Assembly (NCBI GenBank): GCA_964436435.1
Contig: CAYTCH010000001.1
Location: forward strand, 822,184 to 886,183
Direction: 5' to 3'
DNA length: 64,000 bases
Source of the DNA: an uncultured Pseudomonadota bacterium
Lineage (GTDB): Bacteria > Babelota > Babeliae > Babelales > Vermiphilaceae
Position 1 is the first letter of the stretch. Every line of letters begins with the position of its first letter. This document shows, one piece after another, positions 53,271 to 61,142 of the stretch. The notes below the pieces were generated by a model. It made no database searches, was not told where the DNA came from, and saw only the letters and a program-made list of their open reading frames with translations. The position numbers were made by a program, and so were the translations under genes.

Positions 53271-54812
53271 TTATTTTTCTAATTCTTGTTTAATTAACAA
53301 GAGAGCTTCGTCCACCTTGTTTGAAACATGAGGTAAATTTTTGAAATATTTTTGAGCATTTTTATGGGACATGTTTTTTTTCATATATGTGTTGCCCTCG
53401 CCTGTATTTGTATGAGGGGCCCACATTGTTTTCAGTTTTTTTTGGATATTATTCAGTTCTTGTTTGCTTTTTCCCACAATATAATCTTCGTTTGAAAGAC
53501 CATAGATAGGCTTTTGTGTCATTTTATTTGCATATTGATGAAGGTCGGTGAGGGCGTAGTACCAGAATTTTGTCTTTTGATCGGATTCTAAGGGTTGAGA
53601 ACTCTGTGTGAGAGGTTGTGTTTTTTGTTCTTCTTTGTGTAATGTGGATATTCTCTTTGATATCCAATCTAATGTTTCTAGAAATGTTTTATAGACTTTA
53701 TCGTGTGTATTTTTATATTTTTTATTTTTTTCCATCAATTCATAATCAGCATTTACAGTGTTATGTGGTACCCATCGCTTTACAAGCTCATCATTGGCTG
53801 CTTGCAAGTCTTTGAAGGAAAGTTTATTCAGTGAGGTGACGTTGTATTTACCATTGATGCAATCAGAATAAATGTTATCCATATCCTTAATTAAATTCTG
53901 AATTTTTTTATCTATAAGGTTGTTTAAGCGAGCAAATGCCTGAGCAAGGTTTTTCCAGACCGTATAGAATTTATCCTGATAATCTTTGTTTTGAGACATT
54001 GATTTATATGCTTCACCATCATAGTCATGTGGAGCCCATTGTTTGGTGAGTGTTTCTTTAGCTTTTTTTAATTCTGGCAAGGTAAGGTTGCTGAGAGAGA
54101 CGATATCATACGTGTAATAATAATCATGGTTAATCTTATCTAGATCCTCAATCCAATCTTGAGTTGTTTTTTCTGATCTAATGAGTTCGCTTACTGCTTT
54201 CAAGCGTGTTTTAATTTCTTGATCAAATTCCATGATTGATTTGTAGACACTGCTGCTTTGAGCAACGCTTTTTATGAGTGGTTGGAACATTTGAATATGC
54301 TCTTTTATTGTGTTGAATTGTTCTGTGGCGTCATCTGCCAATAGATTGAGTGTGCCGAGGTCCTGAAGAGGGTCTCCAAAAAATTTTATTATTGCGTTTT
54401 TGACTTCGTTTATTTTGTTGGAATAGGCGGTATCAAGTTTGCTAGTAAATGTTGTATTTTGATTATTTTTTAATGCCTGTTCAACTTCTGCACTGATTTG
54501 TATTAGTTTTTGCCCCAGTGACCTGATTTCATCTTCTGTAGATTGGTCGACATTTTGTAAATTGATCGCGTTTATTTTGGTAACAAGGTTTGTTAATTCA
54601 TTTTGCCAAGTAGGTGTTTGTTGAAAAGATTGTGATTTTTGAGGAAGTGTTGTTGATGGTGGGAGTATTGGTTGTTGTACTGGTACTGATGCTTTTTTTT
54701 GAGATTGTTTGAAACTTTTTTCCAGAGCATAAACCGTTGATGAAGTCCCACATGATATTACAATAAACGAAACCGTGATGAATGAAGTGAGCCGCTGAAA
54801 CTGGAGTGCCAT
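53271..54812 (-). CDS. Exported protein with three ~90-aa repeats carrying an invariant W-x-P-H motif
   Basis: Leader MALQFQRLTSFITVSFIVISCGTSSTVYALEKSFKQSQ. Repeats centred on TKQWAPHDYDGE, VKRWVPHNTVNA and KTMWAPHTNTGE. Confidence 0.65.
   Translation of the reverse strand: MALQFQRLTSFITVSFIVISCGTSSTVYALEKSFKQSQKKASVPVQQPILPPSTTLPQKSQSFQQTPTWQNELTNLVTKINAINLQNVDQSTEDEIRSLGQKLIQISAEVEQALKNNQNTTFTSKLDTAYSNKINEVKNAIIKFFGDPLQDLGTLNLLADDATEQFNTIKEHIQMFQPLIKSVAQSSSVYKSIMEFDQEIKTRLKAVSELIRSEKTTQDWIEDLDKINHDYYYTYDIVSLSNLTLPELKKAKETLTKQWAPHDYDGEAYKSMSQNKDYQDKFYTVWKNLAQAFARLNNLIDKKIQNLIKDMDNIYSDCINGKYNVTSLNKLSFKDLQAANDELVKRWVPHNTVNADYELMEKNKKYKNTHDKVYKTFLETLDWISKRISTLHKEEQKTQPLTQSSQPLESDQKTKFWYYALTDLHQYANKMTQKPIYGLSNEDYIVGKSKQELNNIQKKLKTMWAPHTNTGEGNTYMKKNMSHKNAQKYFKNLPHVSNKVDEALLLIKQELEK
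54676..54790 (-). repeat. Leader-cassette DNA repeat, copy 2 (5' end of the 513-aa ORF)
   Basis: See 53100-53220. Direct repeats about 1.57 kb apart. Confidence 0.85.
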
Positions 54813-55070
54813 ACATTTATCCTTTTTTCTAGGGTTTACATTCTATCTCAGGCAAAGCAACTACTACAGCGTCGGCCGTAGCTTCCCCACTTTGTCAAAA
54901 CTTCGTGGAATACGTTAGCGAAGGCTGACGCTTGTTGATGAGCTTCCTACTCTGCGCCGGTGCGCTACGAGGGATATGACGAAGTGCAGGTTAGCCCACG
55001 CCGGCAAAAAATTTCAAGAGTTTTGAGTAAATTGATGAAAGAGGTGAGATGTTTGGTTGCGATGGGGAGT

Positions 55071-55099
55071 AAAAAGGAAGGGGCGCTGCTGCGCCCCTT
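55071..55099 (-). terminator. Intrinsic terminator of the 379-aa ORF
   Basis: AAGGGGCGC TGCT GCGCCCCTT hairpin. On the minus strand it is followed by CCTTTTT. Confidence 0.75.
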
Positions 55100-55128
55100 G
55101 GATAAGTGTAGTAATTGAGATTCAGAAG

Positions 55129-56268
55129 TTATTGGAGCATTTTGGCAAAGTTCTTGGTGTTCAGTAACGCCTTCCATGCGTTGGTGTAGTCTTCTCTGCC
55201 ATTTTTATCATAAAAAGCTTCGGCTGATGTACCGAATTTTGCACCTGAGCGTTTATGATAAGTGTTCCAGTTCTTTGTGAATGTTTTTTTTTCTTCGTTA
55301 GTAGGATTTTCTTTTATTTGTGTTTGCATCTTTTTTAATTGTGCTACCGCTTCATTAAAAGACTGCAGTTTTCCTATTTTTGCCTTGTCTTCAATGGCCG
55401 TCTTTTGTTTATCACGAGCGAGGTTTAATTGATTGACCAATTCTTCTTCATTCTCCCAATCTTCATTGATAAGATCATAGATTCTATTTCGTTCGGCTTT
55501 CAATGTATTAAGATCATTAATATTTTTGAGATTTGCTATGGCATCATTAATAGCATTGAGTTCTGCTGTTGTTGGCATCTTACCGACTACGGGGACAACG
55601 AGCGTGTTTATTTTATTATCGGCCGATAACAGAAGGTCGGTATAAGCAGTGCGTAAATCTTTTATTTTGGTATCAAGATCGATGAAGAGTGCTGAGTCTT
55701 GATCGAGACTATCCATTTTCAATGCGCCGCCAATTGTGGGGAGACTGTTTTTTTCATCTGTAATTTCTTGTTTTATATAGTCAAGGGCTGGTTTGGTAGT
55801 CGCTACAGTTATTCTGTTCGTAAACGCCATATTAGCAGTTTTACGATCTTGAATCGCTTTATTAACCGCGGTTATTTCTGTTTTAAAGAGGTCGGAAATT
55901 TTTTTGTCGTAGGCTTCTTGTATTGTTTTTTTGAAAAGGTCGCCTTCTGTGTCCTTGAAGTATGTAGGATTCGACGTGACGAAAGTTGATGCCTCTTCGT
56001 TCGTCGTGTTAAATATATCATAATTTGTTTGAGTCATACTGTTAATATCTTTGAGGCGGGTATCTAAATCTTCTTGCGCTTTAACTGAAAAGCCGCTGGT
56101 TTTTGTTGGGGCGGGGGTTGATGGGATCATGCCACGGCGTTCGCCTTGCTTCATTCCCCGTTCTTTTGCTTTTTTAAATCCTGCTTCTAGTGCTTTGACC
56201 GAGGTTGGGCAGGTTCCGAGTGCTACTCCTGTAAGTACCAGGATTGTGAGTTGTTTCCGCATATTCAT
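55129..56268 (-). CDS. Hypothetical exported helical protein, related leader motif (VKA-LEAGFKK)
   Basis: AAAGGAG RBS. Signal peptide MNMRKQLTILVLTGVALGTCPTSVKA. C-terminus FTKNWNTYHKRSG...AWKALL resembles one W..H repeat of the neighbouring gene. Confidence 0.6.
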   Translation of the reverse strand: MNMRKQLTILVLTGVALGTCPTSVKALEAGFKKAKERGMKQGERRGMIPSTPAPTKTSGFSVKAQEDLDTRLKDINSMTQTNYDIFNTTNEEASTFVTSNPTYFKDTEGDLFKKTIQEAYDKKISDLFKTEITAVNKAIQDRKTANMAFTNRITVATTKPALDYIKQEITDEKNSLPTIGGALKMDSLDQDSALFIDLDTKIKDLRTAYTDLLLSADNKINTLVVPVVGKMPTTAELNAINDAIANLKNINDLNTLKAERNRIYDLINEDWENEEELVNQLNLARDKQKTAIEDKAKIGKLQSFNEAVAQLKKMQTQIKENPTNEEKKTFTKNWNTYHKRSGAKFGTSAEAFYDKNGREDYTNAWKALLNTKNFAKMLQ

Positions 56269-56497
56269 AACGTTACTCCTTTAATGAGAGGGGTTTGATC
56301 TACATTTTCCTTTTTATTGGTCAGTCTTGTGCTGTGCCAACTGAGTATCAGTCTACTGAATTGAAGTCTTCATTTTCAATAGTTTTTAAAAAAATGACTG
56401 AAACTCAACATTTTTACTACTTAAATGAAAGCCGCCCGGGACGTTGTTGCGTCTCAGGCGGCTTTTTCATAAACAGAGATGTTGGATCAGCGCAGTG

Positions 56498-58069
56498 TTA
56501 GAATGAAACGCCACCTTTGATCCAGAGTAACCAGCGATCCAAGCCCGCGTTGGTAGTTGCGTATTCATACGAAGCACCGCCGCTCAGATAGAGTGGATAC
56601 TCTCTCTCTTCCCAGCGTTTTGCCAGAGAAAGATAGAGCATATGAGCAAAGACTGATGGGTGAGCAGCTGAATCCATGTTGAGGTCTTTTTCTTGAATGA
56701 TGCCATCTGTGTATTTGGTTGTAGCGTAGGTAATTACATCATCTTGGCCGCGGTCGCTGATGTCAACATATGGGTACGGTGTAACTAAACCAGAGATTCC
56801 TTCTCCTTCGGTGAGCCATGATTTAAATGCAATTTCTTCTTCCCAGTTGCAGGCAAGTTTTACACATTCTTTTTCACGGGCGTAGCAGTTATAACCAACT
56901 TCGCCACGGAAGCCTGTGCAGTCGTTCGAGTAGACTATGCCGGTTGTTGCGTTGAGAGAGAAACCAGGTTTTACGTTTAGTTTTTTGGTGAAGTAATTGA
57001 TGCCAGGGCTGTCAAGTAAGAATCCTGCAAGGGTAGCGCCAAGGTCGGTAGCTTGTTGTGCCTGTTCTTGGTTGGCATACACAGACATATAACGTGACCA
57101 TGGTTTACCTATTACGTCGAATGAACGGCATTCATTGCGTTCAAAGAGGTACATGCCATGGATGTCCCAAGTGAATTGCAGATATTTTTGTTCATCACAT
57201 TTATTGGTCCAGACACGGAAGGCTGATGATGATCCTGAAATCATACCCCAGTGGTGATTGTGACCAACTATTGGTTCAAAAACATATTCTGCTTTTGGTG
57301 TGTTACCGGTTGGGAAAAGAATTCCAAGGTAGCCTTCTGAATGGCATTTATCGCCTTTTTTCCAGACAGCGCCAATTTTGAACTCTATGTCTGCAAGACC
57401 CCATTTGGAACGGGATCCGCAGATTTTTCCATACTTCCAAGCTTTTTGTTTAAAGGCTTCTTCCATATTGGCGTTAAACACATAGTCTTCAGGGAGGTTT
57501 GCTATAGCAGCATGTACTCCATTGCCATCTTGGATGACATCTTCATCAAAGCGAAGGTCGTTTTTAATCCAGGTCAAAGGAGATGACAGTTCAAAGAACC
57601 AGTCATAGTCACTTTCTGGGTTACACTTTGCCCATTTGGAAAGATTTTCTCTCCAATTAAGGCCTATGCCGAATGTTGATTGACGAGGGCAGAATTTGAT
57701 GGTGCTTTCAAAATTATCGGTAGTGACGATACGGAAATGTTTGCTTTGAAGATCTCTCTCGATTTGACCTATGTTGCCATCGTTGACTTCAAGGTTTTTA
57801 TCTTTATGAGGGAAGAAGAAATTGCGGAGTCCATCTTGGCTGTTTGATTGGCCGCCGAACATGGTCAATTCAAGTGCGCCGCCGTGGCCATCTTCACGGG
57901 CGTTCATGCGATCACGCATGAGGGTAATTTTTTCTGGCATTGCGGTTTGGAACTGTGGACGAGCTGCGAAGAACGTGTGACCTGTATAATCACAGGCACA
58001 ATCTGACGTTGCACCAATCGGCATTGCCGCGGCACATAAAACGGGAACAAGCAAAAGACGCTTCATCAT
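56498..58069 (-). CDS. Putative outer-membrane beta-barrel protein (MOMP/porin-like), Cys-rich, paralog of 45031-46713
   Basis: GGAGG RBS. Signal peptide MMKRLLLVPVLCAAAMPIGA. Blocks FCP, YGKICG, EYVFEPIVGHNHHW and RSFD. C-terminal WIKGGVSF. Confidence 0.6.
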   Translation of the reverse strand: MMKRLLLVPVLCAAAMPIGATSDCACDYTGHTFFAARPQFQTAMPEKITLMRDRMNAREDGHGGALELTMFGGQSNSQDGLRNFFFPHKDKNLEVNDGNIGQIERDLQSKHFRIVTTDNFESTIKFCPRQSTFGIGLNWRENLSKWAKCNPESDYDWFFELSSPLTWIKNDLRFDEDVIQDGNGVHAAIANLPEDYVFNANMEEAFKQKAWKYGKICGSRSKWGLADIEFKIGAVWKKGDKCHSEGYLGILFPTGNTPKAEYVFEPIVGHNHHWGMISGSSSAFRVWTNKCDEQKYLQFTWDIHGMYLFERNECRSFDVIGKPWSRYMSVYANQEQAQQATDLGATLAGFLLDSPGINYFTKKLNVKPGFSLNATTGIVYSNDCTGFRGEVGYNCYAREKECVKLACNWEEEIAFKSWLTEGEGISGLVTPYPYVDISDRGQDDVITYATTKYTDGIIQEKDLNMDSAAHPSVFAHMLYLSLAKRWEEREYPLYLSGGASYEYATTNAGLDRWLLWIKGGVSF

Positions 58070-58322
58070 AGAAGAGTCCTCCTTCCTTTTTGTAAGGGGT
58101 TACTACTCAACACTACTACTCCAACTATTACCATCAACACTCTCTTATCAATACCACCAAGATGATATTTTAATCAACTAATTTGTCAAAAAAATTAAAA
58201 AAAAACGCTTGCTATGCCATAATAGGAAATTATTGATCGTGTAGAATATCCCTAAAAACTGGCAGTTTTTCGCTGGAACTGCTCTTTTTTTTCAAATAAA
58301 ATCAGCGAGCAAAGGATGTGCT

Positions 58323-59576
58323 ATGTTCAAGAAAATCAAAGGTACGTGTGATTTTTTAGATCTCAGTCTGTATAACTTTATTGTTGAGCAAGCCAGAGAG
58401 CACCTAAACGCATACCATTTTCATGAAATAGCTACTCCGCTCATTGAAAATACAGAACTTTTTAAACGCTCGCTCGGGCTGGAAACCGACGTGGTGAGTA
58501 AAGAAATGTTTACCATTTCAACCCGTGGTGAAGATAAAGAATCAATTTGTCTGCGCCCGGAAATGACAGCGTCGGTGGTCCGTGCGTTTGTAGAAAATAG
58601 CGTGCAACAAACTCCGTGGAAGGTTTTTTCAGTCGGTCCCGTTTTTCGGTATGAACGTCCACAAAAAGGGCGCTTCCGTCAGTTTCACCAACTCAATATT
58701 GAGGTGATTGGGTCGGCATCTATTTCACAGGATGTGCAGCTGATTAAAATGATCGACCGTTTTTTCCATGAAAAACTAAAGTTAACCAATACGTCATGCC
58801 TTATTAATTTTTTGGGCTGCTTTAATGATCGTGCACTTTATCGTGCCGAGCTTGCCCAGTTTCTTGAAGGCTTAACGGGTGACCTGTGCGAATTGTGTCA
58901 GTTGAGAAAAGAGACCAACATCATGCGCATTTTTGATTGCAAGAATCCTGATTGCCAAAAAATGTACGTTGATGCTCCGCGCATGACCGATAGTTTATGC
59001 ACCGGGTGCGCTGCCGAATGGAAGACCTTGCAAGATCAACTGACGCTACTTTCTGTATCTTTTGTTCAAGCGCCAAAGCTGGTACGCGGCTTGGATTACT
59101 ACAATAAAACTGTGTTTGAGTTTGTCAGTGATAATTTGGGCGCGCAATCTTCTGTGTGCGGCGGCGGCCGGTATGACCAACTTGTTTCACAAATTGGTGG
59201 CACACAAGATCAACCATCGGTGGGCGTTGGTATCGGCATGGAACGGCTTATATTGTTGTTGGAACAAAACAGGGACGTGCTTGCTATTCCTCAACCCCCT
59301 GCACTGCATTTAATTGTTCCAATGGATGTTGAACAGCAATCACTTGCCCTGCTGCTTGCCGATGATCTGCAAAGTCATGGTTTGTGCGTTGACATTTTAT
59401 TGGAAGGGGATTCTATGAAGAGCATGATGCGCAAGGCCAATAAACTCGGCGCAAAATTCTGTCTCATACTTGGTTCCCAGGAACAGGCGGACAAAACCGT
59501 GACCATTAAAAATATGGTGACTGGGGAGTCGGTAACGGTTGCGCAGACTCACATTGTGCAGTATCTGCGAGGCTAA
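58323..59576 (+). CDS. hisS: Histidyl-tRNA synthetase
   Basis: Class II motifs: FRYERPQKGRFRQFHQ (motif 2) and GGGRYD (motif 3). C-terminal anticodon-binding domain. AAAGGA RBS. Confidence 0.93.
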   Translation: MFKKIKGTCDFLDLSLYNFIVEQAREHLNAYHFHEIATPLIENTELFKRSLGLETDVVSKEMFTISTRGEDKESICLRPEMTASVVRAFVENSVQQTPWKVFSVGPVFRYERPQKGRFRQFHQLNIEVIGSASISQDVQLIKMIDRFFHEKLKLTNTSCLINFLGCFNDRALYRAELAQFLEGLTGDLCELCQLRKETNIMRIFDCKNPDCQKMYVDAPRMTDSLCTGCAAEWKTLQDQLTLLSVSFVQAPKLVRGLDYYNKTVFEFVSDNLGAQSSVCGGGRYDQLVSQIGGTQDQPSVGVGIGMERLILLLEQNRDVLAIPQPPALHLIVPMDVEQQSLALLLADDLQSHGLCVDILLEGDSMKSMMRKANKLGAKFCLILGSQEQADKTVTIKNMVTGESVTVAQTHIVQYLRG

Positions 59577-59600
59577 AAAAACTTTTTATTTTTTGTTTGA

Positions 59601-59643
59601 AAGAGGGGCGCACAGAAAAACTGTTTGCCCCTCTTATTTTTTT
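59601..59643 (+). terminator. Intrinsic terminator of hisS
   Basis: AAGAGGGGC / GCCCCTCTT stem with an inner ACAG/CTGT pairing, followed by a T-rich run. Confidence 0.85.
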
Positions 59644-59719
59644 AATCATTGATCCTTATAAGTCCACCTTGCTACTCTAAAGAAAAAAGGGGTTGGCGGG
59701 GTAAAGTTATAGGGGGATC

Positions 59720-60076
59720 ATGAAAAAGGTGTTAATAGCGAGTTGCGTAACCGCACTACTTGGTGGCGTTACGGGTGCAATGATCAAAGTAGATACGGGT
59801 AAATCAGAGACTGTTGAAAATGTGACGGCTGTAACACCGTCGGTCATTCCGCCTGCTGTGCCGGCCCTAGTTTTGGAGCGACGGCCGGTTGTACAATCAA
59901 AAACAGCGCTTTTAAAAGTTCTTTCAGATAAATATGCTGATAAACTTCCTACAAAAGTGAGCGGTAAAGTGCGCCGTAATATGCGTAAAATGACCGCGCA
60001 ACAATCACTCAATATATATGTTCGATCACTTGCATTTGTACGGGCTGAACGCGCTAAATTGGGCGTAAAAAAATAA
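59720..60076 (+). CDS. Hypothetical small membrane-anchored/exported protein
   Basis: AGGGGGA RBS 3-4 nt before the ATG. N-terminal MKKVLIASCVTALLGGVTGAMI. Basic C-terminal half. Preferred over the antisense ORF 59707-60168, which lacks an RBS. Confidence 0.5.
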   Translation: MKKVLIASCVTALLGGVTGAMIKVDTGKSETVENVTAVTPSVIPPAVPALVLERRPVVQSKTALLKVLSDKYADKLPTKVSGKVRRNMRKMTAQQSLNIYVRSLAFVRAERAKLGVKK

Positions 60077-60091
60077 CTTACGGTAGCTGAG

Positions 60092-60787
60092 TTAGATGAG
60101 TCCAAACATGTGTGCGAAGAATGTTTTGAAAAGATAAGTGAGCGTGACCACGAACATGAACGCATCAAGGCGATCTAGAAATCCACCATGACCTGGCAAA
60201 AATGATCCTGAATCTTTGATGCCGACACGACGTTTGAGTAATGATTCAAACAGGTCGCCGCATAATGCAAACACGCCAAGTGAGAATGTGAGCAGCATAC
60301 GTAGGCCAAGTCCTATTTCTATACCTCGAGCCCATATAATGATGGCAAGTGCGGTGTAGGCAAAAATAAATCCACCAACTACCCCTTCCCATGATTTGCG
60401 CGGAGATATTTCTGGTGCAATTTTATGCTTACCCATCAGTGAACCAAACACATAACCGCCAAAATCAAAACTAAAAACTAATATCATGGTAAAAACAATA
60501 AGTAAGCGATACGCAGGGGTCTGGTTGAGTGCAATGGTGAGTGCGAAAGGCAGGATGGGGTAGAGGGGCATGATCAACCAGAAGGTCGGTTTTTTAAAAT
60601 CAAATAACCGTGGCCATTCAAAAGTGATAATGGCACCAAGAATAGCCAGTGCGCAGAGTGAAAAGATAAGCGGCGGCGTGTGGAAAAAGATAAGGTAAAA
60701 TAGGGCAATTAAAATAGCGCCGGTATAAACTTTTGGTGCAAAATCGCGCCAAGAATCGTGCGGTTTGAGTTCAGGTGTATTAGTCAT
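60092..60787 (-). CDS. cdsA: Phosphatidate cytidylyltransferase (CDP-diglyceride synthase)
   Basis: Signature SLLKRRVGIKDSGSFLPGHGGFLDRLDAFMF. Polytopic. ATG 60787 overlaps the yraN stop by 8 nt; the ORF track extends to 60817. Confidence 0.9.
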   Translation of the reverse strand: MTNTPELKPHDSWRDFAPKVYTGAILIALFYLIFFHTPPLIFSLCALAILGAIITFEWPRLFDFKKPTFWLIMPLYPILPFALTIALNQTPAYRLLIVFTMILVFSFDFGGYVFGSLMGKHKIAPEISPRKSWEGVVGGFIFAYTALAIIIWARGIEIGLGLRMLLTFSLGVFALCGDLFESLLKRRVGIKDSGSFLPGHGGFLDRLDAFMFVVTLTYLFKTFFAHMFGLI

Positions 60788-61142
60788 AATGATCTCCTTC
60801 GTTAAAAGCATTTTCAAGATAGGTTAATTGATCCCCATCGATTAATGCAATATCAAAGCGAAAATCATGCTCGAGCAGTTGGTGCTTGGCGATATATTCC
60901 TTGGCGACCATGATGATTTTGCGTTGTTTGCTCGGCGTCACGAGCTCTTCAAGATGAAAGTAAGCATGAGTGCGCCGTTTGACCTCAACAAAAAGAATGA
61001 GATTTTTTTTGCGAGCGATGATGTCGATCTCGCCGTATTGCTTGCGGTAATTGCGTTCTACAATCACAAAACCTTGTTTTAAAAGTGTGTGGGCCACTAG
61101 GTCTTCACCCTGTTGGCCCACAATTTTCCGTTGATCGGCCAT
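60780..61142 (-). CDS. yraN: YraN family (UPF0102) predicted endonuclease
   Basis: GEDLVAHTLLKQGFVIVERNYRKQYGEIDIIA...FVEVKRR matches the family core. 120 aa. Confidence 0.85.
   Translation of the reverse strand: MADQRKIVGQQGEDLVAHTLLKQGFVIVERNYRKQYGEIDIIARKKNLILFVEVKRRTHAYFHLEELVTPSKQRKIIMVAKEYIAKHQLLEHDFRFDIALIDGDQLTYLENAFNEGDHYD

Noticed and set aside
53283-54170. Calling the W-x-P-H repeats bona fide DnaJ J-domains.
   Set aside because: The diagnostic HPD tripeptide is absent; the motif is PH[DNT], with the residue order swapped. The idea is reported only as a hypothesis to test, not as an annotation.
54965-55177. 70-aa minus-strand ORF in the GC-rich spacer.
   Set aside because: It overlaps the 3' end and terminator of the 379-aa gene, has no RBS, and shows no sequence features of a real protein.
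59707-60168. 153-aa minus-strand ORF overlapping the 59720-60076 plus ORF and the cdsA 3' end.
   Set aside because: It has no RBS, is Ser/Thr/Arg-rich shadow-type sequence, and overlaps the cdsA stop region. The plus-strand ORF has AGGGGGA plus ATG and a hydrophobic N-terminus. This call is still only moderate confidence.
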